Source: Chloroflexota bacterium (GTDB taxonomy: Bacteria; Chloroflexota; Dehalococcoidia; Lucifugimonadales; UBA1127). Taken from it: a DNA stretch of 64,000 nucleotides. The translations under genes and the position numbers were made by a program. Positions 55,387 to 64,000 of the stretch are shown piece after piece; position 1 is the stretch's first letter; the number at the start of each line of letters is the position of its first letter. Below the pieces are notes generated by a model. The model had not been told where the DNA came from and did no database searches. It saw nothing but the letters and a program-made list of their open reading frames with translations. Location: the NCBI GenBank assembly GCA_026713825.1, contig JAPONS010000069.1:26082-90081 (forward strand), written 5' to 3'.

Positions 55387-56544
55387 ATGGCAATGGCAAG
55401 GAATCTGGCGCTCCTGACCCTGGCGCTGCTGCTGGTCCTCGCGATGGCGGCGTGCGGCGATGACGACGCCGGCACGCCGACGGAACCCACCAGGCCGGTG
55501 TCCCAGCCCGCGCCGACGGCTGCGCCCGCACCCACCGCGGCGCCCGCGCCGACGCCCATCCCGCCGGACGCGAACAACGAGCTCGTCATCATGAGCCATG
55601 ACAGCTTCAACATCGGCGAGGACGTCATCGCGGCCTTCGAGGCGGCGAACGACGCCACCGTCGTGCTGCTGCCCGCCGGCGACACGGGCCTCGCGCTGAA
55701 CCGCGCCATCCTGGAGAAGGGCAACCCCTCGGCGGACCTCTTCTACGGCGTCGACAACACCTACCTCGGCCGCGCGCTCGCCGAGGGCATCTTCGTGCCC
55801 TACGAGTCGCCCGGCCTCGCCAACGTGCCGGAGCAGTTCATCATGGACCCATCCTTCCACGTCACGCCCATCGACTACGGCTACGTCAACCTGAACTACG
55901 ACAAGGCGTTCCTCGAGGCCGAGGGACTGCAGCCGCCCTCAAGCCTGGAGGAGCTGACCGAGTCGCAGTGGAAGGGCAGTCTGGTCGTCGAGAACCCCGC
56001 GACCTCGTCGCCCGGGCTCGCCTTCCTCATCGCGACGGTGTCGTACTTCGGCGAGGACGACGACTACGACTACCTCGACTACTGGGCGGACCTGCGCGCC
56101 AACGATGTGGCGATTACCGACGGCTGGAGCGACGCCTACTACACCAACTTCACCAAGTACGGCGGGGACCAGCCGCTGGTGGTGAGCTACGCCACCAGCC
56201 CGGCGGCGGAGTTCTTCTTCTCAGAGACGCCGCTGGATGACGCGCCCACGGGGAACATCCTGCTCGACCGCTCCGTGTTCCTCCAGATCGAGGGCATGGG
56301 CGTGCTGCTGGGCGCCGACAGCCCCAACCTTGCCCGCAAGTTCATCGACTTTGCGCTGGACTTGCAGTTCCAGGAGGATTTCCCGGACAAGATGTTCGTG
56401 TACCCTGTGAACCGGAACGCGACGCTGCCGGACTTCTGGCGCTTCGCGGAGGAGCCGGCGGTGCCCGCGGACATCGGCCCGGCCGAGATCGGCGAGAAGC
56501 GGGAAGCGTGGATAGAGGCGTGGACGCAAGTCATGCTGCGGTAG
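55387..56544 (+). CDS. thiB: thiamine ABC transporter substrate-binding lipoprotein
   Basis: Lipobox LAMAAC. ELVIMSHDSFNIGEDVIAAFEAAN...LNRAILEKGNPSADLFYGVDN parallels E. coli TbpA. Lies downstream of the TPP riboswitch. Confidence 0.8.
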   Translation: MAMARNLALLTLALLLVLAMAACGDDDAGTPTEPTRPVSQPAPTAAPAPTAAPAPTPIPPDANNELVIMSHDSFNIGEDVIAAFEAANDATVVLLPAGDTGLALNRAILEKGNPSADLFYGVDNTYLGRALAEGIFVPYESPGLANVPEQFIMDPSFHVTPIDYGYVNLNYDKAFLEAEGLQPPSSLEELTESQWKGSLVVENPATSSPGLAFLIATVSYFGEDDDYDYLDYWADLRANDVAITDGWSDAYYTNFTKYGGDQPLVVSYATSPAAEFFFSETPLDDAPTGNILLDRSVFLQIEGMGVLLGADSPNLARKFIDFALDLQFQEDFPDKMFVYPVNRNATLPDFWRFAEEPAVPADIGPAEIGEKREAWIEAWTQVMLR

Positions 56545-56569
56545 CCGGGGCTGAACGGGGCGGGCGGCC

Positions 56570-58219
56570 ATGACCGCACGGCTTGCGCTGCTTGCCCCGC
56601 TCGCCTACTTGGCGATCTTCTTCATCTACCCGCTCGGGGCCATATTCGAGCGCGCCTTCATCCAGGGCGAGGGGGGCTTCGCGGGCTTCGGCACGCTGCT
56701 GGGCGACTCCTACTACTTGGGGCGCATCTGGTTCACGACGTGGCAGGCGGCGGCCTCGACCGCCCTGACGCTGGCGGTGGGGCTGCCGATGGCCTACCTC
56801 TTCGCGCGGCACGACTTCCCCGGCAAGTCGCTGCTGAAGGCCGTGTCGACGCTCCCCTTCATCATGCCGACCATCGTCGTCGCGATGGGGTTCGTCGCGC
56901 TGCTGGGCCGCGAGGGGCTGGCGAACACGCTGCTGATGGCCGTCTTCCCCTTTGACGACCCGCCCATCCGGCTGGCCAACTCCATCTGGATCATCCTGCT
57001 GGCCCACGCCTTCTACAACTACGCCATCTTCGTGCGCATCGTCTCGGCGTTCTGGAGCAACGTCGCGCCGCAGCTTGAGGAGAGCGCGGCGATGCTGGGC
57101 GCGGGGCGCGTGCGCACCTTCCGGCACGTCACCCTGCCGGTGCTGCTGCCGGCGATCGCCTCCTCGGCGGCGCTGGCCTTCGCCTTCTGCTTCACCTCCT
57201 TCGGCGTCGTGCTGGTGCTGGGCGGGCCGCAGTTCGCCACGCTGGAGGTCGCCGTGTACGAGCTGACGGCCAAGCTGCTGCGGCTCGAACTGGCGGCGGC
57301 GCTGGCCATCATCCAGATGGTGTTCACCTACCTGTTCCTGCTGGCGTACACGCGGTTGCAGGCGAGCTCTGCCGTGCCGCTGAACCTTGCCCCGCAGGAG
57401 GCGACAGCCCGCAGGCCCAAGCGCGCCATCGACGTGGTCTTCGTCGTCGCGCTGGTGGCGCTGCTGCTGGTGGTGCTCTCGCCGCTGTGGGCGCTGGTGG
57501 AGCGCGCGCTGAGCACCGCCGACGGCTACTCGCTCCGGTACTTCGGGAGCCTGCTGGAGGACGTCCGGGGCGACATCTTCTACCTGCCGCTGCAGAACAT
57601 CGTCGGCAACTCGCTGCGCTTTGGCGTCGCCGCGACGGCCATCGCCCTTACGATAGGCGCGGCGGCTGCGTATTACATCAGCCGACCGGGCCGCCGCGGG
57701 GCGAGCGCCGCCGACGCCCTGCTGATGATGCCGCTGGGCGTGTCGGCGGTCATCATGGGCTTTGGCTTCCTCGTCGCCTTCAACCGTGACCCCATCGACC
57801 TGCGGGCCACGTCCATCATCCTGATCATCGCGCACACGCTGGTGGCCTACCCCTTCGTGATACGCAGCGTCCTGCCCGCCATGCGGGGGATGCCGCAGAA
57901 CCTGCGGGAGGCGGCGTCGGTCATGGGGGCGTCGCCGGCGCAAGGATTCTTCCACGTCGAGCTGCCCATCCTGACGCCGGCGCTCATCGTGGGAGCGACC
58001 TTCGCATTCGCGGTGTCGATGGGCGAATTCGGGGCGTCGCTGTTGCTGGTGCGCCCGGAGTCGACGACGATGCCGGTGGCCATCTTCCGGATGATTGCGC
58101 AGCCGGGCGCCGAGAACCTTGGGCGCGCGCTGGCAATGAGCACGGTGCTCATGCTGGTGGTGGCGGCCGTCTTCGCGGCGATTGAGCGGTTCCGATACCG
58201 AAGCGCGGGGGGCTTCTGA
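56570..58219 (+). CDS. thiP: thiamine ABC transporter permease (two fused permease domains)
   Basis: 549 aa with about 12 TM segments and two EAA-type loops (EESAAMLGAG, REAASVMGAS). Confidence 0.8.
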   Translation: MTARLALLAPLAYLAIFFIYPLGAIFERAFIQGEGGFAGFGTLLGDSYYLGRIWFTTWQAAASTALTLAVGLPMAYLFARHDFPGKSLLKAVSTLPFIMPTIVVAMGFVALLGREGLANTLLMAVFPFDDPPIRLANSIWIILLAHAFYNYAIFVRIVSAFWSNVAPQLEESAAMLGAGRVRTFRHVTLPVLLPAIASSAALAFAFCFTSFGVVLVLGGPQFATLEVAVYELTAKLLRLELAAALAIIQMVFTYLFLLAYTRLQASSAVPLNLAPQEATARRPKRAIDVVFVVALVALLLVVLSPLWALVERALSTADGYSLRYFGSLLEDVRGDIFYLPLQNIVGNSLRFGVAATAIALTIGAAAAYYISRPGRRGASAADALLMMPLGVSAVIMGFGFLVAFNRDPIDLRATSIILIIAHTLVAYPFVIRSVLPAMRGMPQNLREAASVMGASPAQGFFHVELPILTPALIVGATFAFAVSMGEFGASLLLVRPESTTMPVAIFRMIAQPGAENLGRALAMSTVLMLVVAAVFAAIERFRYRSAGGF

Positions 58220-59343
58220 TGGCGTTGCTGGAGGTCACCAACGTCTCCAAGCAGTACGGCGAGGGCTTCACCGTGAAGCGCGTCTCGCTGACGGCGGAGC
58301 GCGGCGACATCGTCTGCCTGCTGGGCCCGAGCGGGTGCGGCAAGACGACGATGCTGCGGCTCATCGCCGGGCTGGAGTCGCCGGACGAGGGCGACATCAC
58401 CTTCGATGGGCGCGTGCTCAACCGGGTGCCGCCGCGCAACCGTGGCTTCGGCCTCATGTTCCAGGACCTCGCGCTGTTCCCGCACATGGACGTCGCCGGC
58501 AACGTCAGCTTCGGCCTGCGGATGCAGGGGCAGGCGCAGGACCAGGTGTCAGCGCGGGTGAATGCGCTGCTGCGGCTCGTTGGGCTGGACGACTTCCAGA
58601 AGCGCAAGGTGCACGAGCTCTCGGGCGGCGAGCGGCAGCGGGTCGCGCTGGTCCGCTCGCTGGCGGCGGAGCCGCAGCTGCTCATGCTGGACGAGCCCCT
58701 CGGCGCGCTGGACCGCGCGCTGCGGGAGTCGTTGCAGGTGCAGGTGCGCGGCATCCTGAAGGCGCTGGGGCAGACGGCCATCTACGTGACCCACGACCGC
58801 GACGAGGCATTCGCCATGGCCGACACCATGGTCATCATGGAGCAGGGCGAGGTGGTGCAGGCGGGCACGCCGGAGGAGCTCTACACGGCGCCGCAGAGCG
58901 AGCTGGTCGCGCGTTCCATGGGCATCCGCAACGTGATCTACGGGCAGCGGGCGGGCCAGACCGAGGGCGTGACGCACGTGCAGACCAGCATGGGACTGCT
59001 GTCGGGCGGCGTGCAGGGCGGCGGCGAGCTCCGCCCCGCGGCCGACGTCCTCGCCTTCATCGACGAGCGGCGCATCACGGTTGGCGCGCAGGCGTCGGCG
59101 GACACAGGCGACACGCCGGGCCGCAACCTGCTCGAGGGGAAGGTGGAGAGCCGCCGCTTCCATGCGGGCGAGCTGGAGTTGGTCGTCACTGTGGGCGGCG
59201 GCGTCCTCGTCTGTCTGCTGAAGCCGGGCGACGGCGTCCCCGCGGCGGGCGACAACGTCGCCGTCGCCTTCCCCCATGACGCCGTCCGCATCGTCGCACA
59301 GGAGCCGCGGAGCATCGTGTCGGCGACAGACGCGCTGGAGTAG
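58219..59343 (+). CDS. thiQ: ABC transporter ATP-binding protein with C-terminal TOBE-like domain
   Basis: Walker A GPSGCGKT, signature LSGGERQR and Walker B LLMLDEP. Shares one base with the thiP stop. Confidence 0.75.
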   Translation: MALLEVTNVSKQYGEGFTVKRVSLTAERGDIVCLLGPSGCGKTTMLRLIAGLESPDEGDITFDGRVLNRVPPRNRGFGLMFQDLALFPHMDVAGNVSFGLRMQGQAQDQVSARVNALLRLVGLDDFQKRKVHELSGGERQRVALVRSLAAEPQLLMLDEPLGALDRALRESLQVQVRGILKALGQTAIYVTHDRDEAFAMADTMVIMEQGEVVQAGTPEELYTAPQSELVARSMGIRNVIYGQRAGQTEGVTHVQTSMGLLSGGVQGGGELRPAADVLAFIDERRITVGAQASADTGDTPGRNLLEGKVESRRFHAGELELVVTVGGGVLVCLLKPGDGVPAAGDNVAVAFPHDAVRIVAQEPRSIVSATDALE

Positions 59344-59352
59344 GGGGTCCCC

Positions 59353-59790
59353 CTACTCCAGGTGCACCACCTCTATGTCGCCCCACGCCCTCTGCAGGTG
59401 CTCGGCCACCAGGCGGCGGTGGCAGCGCTCCGGCGAGTGCTCGCTGCACAGCAGCACCGCGTTGGCGAGCGCCTCCCGGTCGACCGTCTCGGCGACGCGG
59501 CGCTCCCTCATGAGGGCGAGGAACTCCCGCTCATACGTCGGCCAGTGGCGATGGACTTTACGGAGCCCGTCGAGGATGGGCCGCGTTGGGGCGAGCTGGG
59601 GCATGTGGACATAGTCCATGCCGCAGAGCTCACGGAGGAAGAAGGCGAGATCGTCCTGCTTGGCGAAGCCGGAAAGCTGGCCGCCGGGGTTGAGGCGCAC
59701 GTCGACGAGCCGCCGAGCGCCGGACTCCCGCAGCAGCGCAAAGAACGCGCTGGCGGGCTTCTTGGTGAAGCCGATGGTGTAGAGGTTCAC
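59353..59790 (-). CDS. DUF488-family protein (short paralog)
   Basis: LYTIGFTKK...LVDVRLNP...VLLCSEHSPERCHRRLVAEHL is the DUF488 pattern. GTG start with a GTGA overlap to the upstream gene. Confidence 0.8.
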   Translation of the reverse strand: MNLYTIGFTKKPASAFFALLRESGARRLVDVRLNPGGQLSGFAKQDDLAFFLRELCGMDYVHMPQLAPTRPILDGLRKVHRHWPTYEREFLALMRERRVAETVDREALANAVLLCSEHSPERCHRRLVAEHLQRAWGDIEVVHLE

Positions 59791-60440
59791 GGGGTCTCCC
59801 TGATCGCAAGCGAGGAGGCAGCCCCACTGTCCTTGTAGGCAACCTTCCTTACCCGGCGGGACAGCGCATCTGCCACGATGTCCGCCCTTGAACGGAACAT
59901 GTCACCGGAAGGATAGAGACCCAAGCTGCCCTCTCGCCGGTCCTCTTCAACAAGGCGGTCCATTGCAGCTTCATGGTCTTCGATACCGCCGTCGGCAAGG
60001 ATGTGCCGGACAGCTACGCCACGTTCGGCAAGAGCGCGCGCCAAAAGAAGTGTCCGGTGGCAGTCCAAGGGCTCCTTCTCCGAGCACATGAGCGCCACGC
60101 AGCCCTGCTCCGACAGGTGCATGACGGCGCGAATGCCGTCATCAAAGGCGTCTGTCTCCGCAACCCGGTCATACAACACGCGCCCGGCCTCGTCATAGCA
60201 AGAGCGGTTGGCGGGGCGTCCGCCCAGCTCGCCGCCGAGGAACACGTAGTCAATGCTGTTGGTTTCCAAAGCGTCGCGGAGGGCGTCGTGGTTGAAGTGG
60301 GGGGTGTAGCGGCTGTACGGCGCGGTGCGGACGTCCGCAACCGTGGTGACGCCATGCGTTTGCAGCAAAGCCGTGAAATCGGCCAAAGCGTGATTGGAGT
60401 GACCGATGGTCAACACGGGAAACTCAGTTGCGCCTTCCAT
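59787..60440 (-). CDS. DUF488-family protein (long paralog)
   Basis: VLTIGHSNH...VADVRTAPYSRYTPHFN...ALMCSEKEPLDCHRTLL is the DUF488 pattern, with an extra about 70-aa C-terminal extension. Confidence 0.8.
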   Translation of the reverse strand: MEGATEFPVLTIGHSNHALADFTALLQTHGVTTVADVRTAPYSRYTPHFNHDALRDALETNSIDYVFLGGELGGRPANRSCYDEAGRVLYDRVAETDAFDDGIRAVMHLSEQGCVALMCSEKEPLDCHRTLLLARALAERGVAVRHILADGGIEDHEAAMDRLVEEDRREGSLGLYPSGDMFRSRADIVADALSRRVRKVAYKDSGAASSLAIRETP

Positions 60441-60499
60441 GGCGGTCCTCCTCCGGGAGTAATGACGGCGGCGATGAGAGGAGAAAGGCCCATTACGGC

Positions 60500-61462
60500 T
60501 TACGTACTCGAAACACTAATCCTTGAAGAGGTAATCCTGATAGTGTAATGAAACACTTCGTTCAAAAACTCTTCCCACTTGGGTCCGTTCCCGGACAGGT
60601 CATCAAGCATGAAGGTCTTGTTGACCTTCAATTCGGCCAAGCGTCTCTCCATCTCCGCTGTGACTATCCCCGCAACCAACATATTGACGCAGTTGGTGGG
60701 AGTAGCCTCAAAGCTCTTTTGCACCGCGCCGAGCCGTTCCAAGGCCCCGGCAGGATCCTTGCCGCCCTTGATCTCGATGGTAGCTACCACCACGGGTTGC
60801 CCGTTGACCAACTGCCGAAACTCAATGTCCGGCTCTGAGCCATAGCGCATTGCATAGTTATCCGGCAGTTGAAACTGGGTTCCCTCAGCGTTACTGCCCA
60901 ATATGAGTTTCTCCGTCTCCAACCACTCCTTGATGCGCCGCTTGACCAACTGCTCGGCGTCTTGCCCGATGAGGTTGCGGATAGTGCCGTCGAGTCCAAT
61001 CCCCATGTTCGCGAGGATGTTCCGGTACCCATTCTCAAGCGTCCAGCCGGTCGAGCCTTCAATAATGGAAGAGATCACAGCGTTGTACAGGCGGGCAACC
61101 TTCATTGCCCTTTCAGCGTTGACCTTTGCCTTGATTTTTCGGTTGGGGTCTTCCCAGGTCGTCACGTTTGCGGCTAATGGCGCGACCCGTTTTTGCGACA
61201 AGAGCGCGATGCCACGGTAATACTCAGACAAGCGCGGGTGTTCAATGAGCAAATCTGGGTGGGCGAACACGGACTTAGGATCAAAGCTGGACGCCGCAAC
61301 GTGAGCCCAAGCGGCCCGACTGATCATCAGGTCATCCAAGCGGGAAAAGTCCAGCGGAGCGGCGAACGTGCCTATCAACTCTCTCAGTTGTATATCACTC
61401 CGCTGTTTGATTCTCTCAGCCATGACGGCAGAGCGCCGCACCGCATCATCCAGGTTAGTCAT
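60500..61462 (-). CDS. candidate type II restriction endonuclease (PD-(D/E)xK motif)
   Basis: YGSEPDIEF-x17-ATIEIKGGKDPAGALERLGA gives PD...EIK spacing typical of PD-(D/E)xK nucleases. 8-nt overlap with the methyltransferase gene. Low GC. Confidence 0.55.
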   Translation of the reverse strand: MTNLDDAVRRSAVMAERIKQRSDIQLRELIGTFAAPLDFSRLDDLMISRAAWAHVAASSFDPKSVFAHPDLLIEHPRLSEYYRGIALLSQKRVAPLAANVTTWEDPNRKIKAKVNAERAMKVARLYNAVISSIIEGSTGWTLENGYRNILANMGIGLDGTIRNLIGQDAEQLVKRRIKEWLETEKLILGSNAEGTQFQLPDNYAMRYGSEPDIEFRQLVNGQPVVVATIEIKGGKDPAGALERLGAVQKSFEATPTNCVNMLVAGIVTAEMERRLAELKVNKTFMLDDLSGNGPKWEEFLNEVFHYTIRITSSRISVSST

Positions 61463-62867
61463 TGTCCCTCACCCACCAGTACACACACTTCCGCAACTCT
61501 CGTCTTCCGAAACGGCCCATCTGTTGACTCGAGTTCCCTTTGCCGCGGGGCAACACCCAAATCTGCTTGCAAGTAAAGCCGCATTGTTCAGCGTAGTCCG
61601 ACAAGATAAGGTCGACCGGCACCTCTTCCCCGTGGTACTGGACATTGTCATTGACCATGACCACGGTGCCGCCCGGCTTGACGACCCGCCCCAATTCCGC
61701 CACAACAAGGGCCATCTCCAAGAAGTATCCTTCCAGCAGTCGGATGACGTGTGCGTTGCTTAGCTCTCGGACGCAACCCCTGAGTGTCGCGAGCACTTCC
61801 TGCAACGCTCCTTCATTCTCAAACATATTGATGGCATGTCCGAGTAAGTCAGAGGGACCATAAGCACTCTCTAGCCAAGACCTCTTGGATTTATTCTCCA
61901 CCGTGGCAGACAACATCCTCTGCCGCAGTGCGCTGAAGTCCTCATGTGTAAATCCAAGCCACGCTAGTTCTAGGGCATAGGTCCGGGTGTAGTCATAGCG
62001 GTTGGCGTACGGCGGCGACGTGATGACCATGTCGAAGGAACCTTCCGGCAGTGTGGGAAGAAACTCAAGGCAGGAGCCGGAAAGCAATCGCGGCGTTCCC
62101 TTGCCGTATTCCGCCTTCAAGCTTTGAAGGTCGTCCAGCATTTGGCCCAATCGGGATTCCAGGGCCGATTGGAATGGCAAGATCGCTCCCTTGTTCACGT
62201 GGGCGCGCAATGCGCGCCCGGACCGGAAGTCCCAACGCAGATACTGCCCGTCCTTGCGGGTGTAGCTGACATCCTCCAAAACGCTCATGCACGCGAGGTT
62301 CAAGAGAGTTCGCATACCCCAATCGTCCACCGAACCCACGAACCGGCGTGCTTTGGCCAGCAGCGGCTCCGTCTCCTTGGGGAACGCTGACTCGGTGATG
62401 GGGACGTGACGAAAGCCGTATTCACCCGGCGCATCGTCACCGTGTTCCACGTGTGCAATGAGCGCCTTGGCCATGCGCGCGAACGCATCGGGGTCCAGCC
62501 CATTGGCGGCGTAGGCGATACCCCGCGCGACCTCTATTCCCAGCGGGAGGATCTCTATGCCGGTGCCCGCCCGCCCTTGCCCCGCCGCGACCAAGGGGGC
62601 GGTGCCTATGCCCGCGAAGGGGTCCAGCACGGCCTCCGGCCGGAACTCTCCAATGAGGTCACCCACCAGCTTCCTGGAGAAGCCTTCCTTATACTTCAAC
62701 CACCGGAAGCCGGGCGTCTGCCGGTTCCCCTGATACGAGACCACCTTGCGCGCGAGGGAAGGGTCAACGGTGAGCCGGTCCTGAAAGCGGCGGTGCAGCG
62801 CACGGCGCTCATTCGCACTGCCGCCGTTGGGAGACTCTATCGAAACCGCTTCTAGAACCGAGGTCAT
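61455..62867 (-). CDS. DNA methyltransferase (N6-adenine or N4-cytosine; motif I before motif IV)
   Basis: Motif I is LDPFAGIGTAP, at about residue 83. Motif IV is ITSPPYANRYDY, at about residue 285. Low GC. Confidence 0.85.
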   Translation of the reverse strand: MTSVLEAVSIESPNGGSANERRALHRRFQDRLTVDPSLARKVVSYQGNRQTPGFRWLKYKEGFSRKLVGDLIGEFRPEAVLDPFAGIGTAPLVAAGQGRAGTGIEILPLGIEVARGIAYAANGLDPDAFARMAKALIAHVEHGDDAPGEYGFRHVPITESAFPKETEPLLAKARRFVGSVDDWGMRTLLNLACMSVLEDVSYTRKDGQYLRWDFRSGRALRAHVNKGAILPFQSALESRLGQMLDDLQSLKAEYGKGTPRLLSGSCLEFLPTLPEGSFDMVITSPPYANRYDYTRTYALELAWLGFTHEDFSALRQRMLSATVENKSKRSWLESAYGPSDLLGHAINMFENEGALQEVLATLRGCVRELSNAHVIRLLEGYFLEMALVVAELGRVVKPGGTVVMVNDNVQYHGEEVPVDLILSDYAEQCGFTCKQIWVLPRGKGNSSQQMGRFGRRELRKCVYWWVRDND

Positions 62868-62958
62868 ACCTTACCTACATTCTGCATAGTCGGGCGCTGC
62901 GCTATTGCCGATGGCGATGATCGGTTGCAGGCGCCTTTCAGCCTATCGATAGCCCAAT

Positions 62959-62978
62959 AATAGAATATATATTCTATT
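62959..62978. repeat. perfect 20-bp AT-only-rich palindrome upstream of the methyltransferase gene
   Basis: AATAGAATATATATTCTATT, read directly from the sequence. It lies about 92-111 bp upstream of the methyltransferase start. The 10-bp palindrome CTATCGATAG is at 62943-62952. Confidence 0.9.
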
Positions 62979-63035
62979 TCTTGTTGCTCGCTGTCAACCA
63001 CCCCTACCCCCCCCGACGCCCGCCACGGCTCACGC

Positions 63036-63578
63036 TCACTTGAGAATGTCCGCCACGCTTTCCTGCAGGTTGTCTCTCGTGAGGACGCCAACGATCTTCT
63101 TGCGGTAGTGCCCGTCGTCCTCGTAGAAGGCGATGGTAGGTATTGCATCGATCTCGTGGGTGGACGCCACCGACGCGTCTGCTGTGTAGCCCGCGGGGAA
63201 GGTTGCGCCAGACTCGGCAAGCAGGCTTTGGGCATCCTCGGAGTCGCCCTCGCGGGTGGCGGGGCCCATGTCGACGGCCAACACAGTGAGCTTGCCCTCG
63301 TGCTCCGCAGCCGTGGCCTGCAGCAGCCGCAACTCGCCCAAGCACTGCTCGCATTGCCCGTTGAAGTAGTAGACAACCAAGGGCGCCTCGGCCTTCGCAT
63401 CGTCGAACTCCACCTGCCCACTGTCAAACACGCCGCCGCCCTGGTACATCGTGATGGGGTAGCTGGGCGCGTCAGGCCCTACGCTGGCGCCAAATCCGCC
63501 GATCTCGATCTCGCAGGCACCCGTGGTCAACAACAGCAGGGCCAGTACAAGCCCTGCTGCCCGTCTGGGCATGAGCAT
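63036..63578 (-). CDS. thioredoxin-fold thiol-disulfide oxidoreductase lipoprotein (TlpA/ResA-like)
   Basis: Lipobox LLLTTGAC and a CEQC CxxC motif in a redoxin-like context (VVYYFNGQCEQC). Confidence 0.6.
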   Translation of the reverse strand: MLMPRRAAGLVLALLLLTTGACEIEIGGFGASVGPDAPSYPITMYQGGGVFDSGQVEFDDAKAEAPLVVYYFNGQCEQCLGELRLLQATAAEHEGKLTVLAVDMGPATREGDSEDAQSLLAESGATFPAGYTADASVASTHEIDAIPTIAFYEDDGHYRKKIVGVLTRDNLQESVADILK

Positions 63579-63640
63579 GATGAAGGTTCCTCCTATTGAG
63601 TTTGGTCAATGACAACGTTGGAGCCCGACGTCTTCGCCCC

Positions 63641-63994
63641 CTACCCCTCCGACTCCCGCCACAGCTCGCGGCCCGTCGTCAGCGCGAGGACTGTGTACAA
63701 CGCGTCCACCAGCGGGAAGTAGACCGTGTGGGAGATGGCGGCGTTGCCCGTCTCGCTGTTCGGGTTCAGGGTCCAGAACCACTCCCAGAAAAAGAGCATG
63801 GTCAGCGCGATGGCGCCGTAGAAGACGAGGCTGCCGGCCAGGTCGCTCCGGTCGCTGGCGTCCTGCCGGCGCTTGCACAGGTAGTTCGCCACAAGGACCG
63901 CCAGCACGCCGGGAACCATGAAGTAGTTCAGGACCTCCCAGAGCGGATAGCTATCGGACCCGTCATGGATGAGCGGCGTGATGATCAGGAGCAC
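63641..63994 (-). CDS. membrane protein, unknown function (5' end may lie beyond window end)
   Basis: Three or four hydrophobic segments. The ORF reaches to within 6 nt of the window edge. Confidence 0.35.
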   Translation of the reverse strand: MLLIITPLIHDGSDSYPLWEVLNYFMVPGVLAVLVANYLCKRRQDASDRSDLAGSLVFYGAIALTMLFFWEWFWTLNPNSETGNAAISHTVYFPLVDALYTVLALTTGRELWRESEG

Positions 63995-64000
63995 GGCGAC

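Overview
High-GC bacterial chromosomal segment. Two T-box leaders, mutS2, long-form hpf and comF suggest a Terrabacteria or Chloroflexota-like organism; this is inference only. The backbone is housekeeping. It includes a T-box-controlled trpS followed by trpE-trpG-trpD-trpC-trpF-trpB with no trpA. It also includes a T-box-controlled ileS, aspS, mutS2, mutL, ispE, rsmA, galU, hpf, comF, a TPP-riboswitch-controlled thiBPQ-type transporter and tRNA-Asn(GTT). Many small, visibly lower-GC accessory modules interrupt this backbone. I count about seven toxin-antitoxin-like pairs or remnants: Phd/VapC, HicB plus a decayed HicA, a HicB-like pair, an RHH remnant, RelE/RHH, a non-canonical partner plus VapC, and a DUF2283-like pair. 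Other accessory genes are a PaREP1-like gene inside the trp operon, an NYN/OST-HTH operon, and a Fic gene preceded by four phased 27-bp palindromes. There is also a small-protein plus retropepsin-like protease cassette, and a low-GC methyltransferase plus PD-(D/E)xK nuclease pair co-oriented with two DUF488 genes. The most unusual structural signal is that at least two cassettes are bracketed by a duplicated copy of the 5' end (ATG and first codons) of the adjacent host gene. These are the comF and AI-2E transporter cases, with a weaker third case at an amidohydrolase gene. No integrase, transposase, reverse transcriptase, cas gene or CRISPR array was seen. All calls rest on reading the ORF translations and the DNA by eye; no database search was possible.
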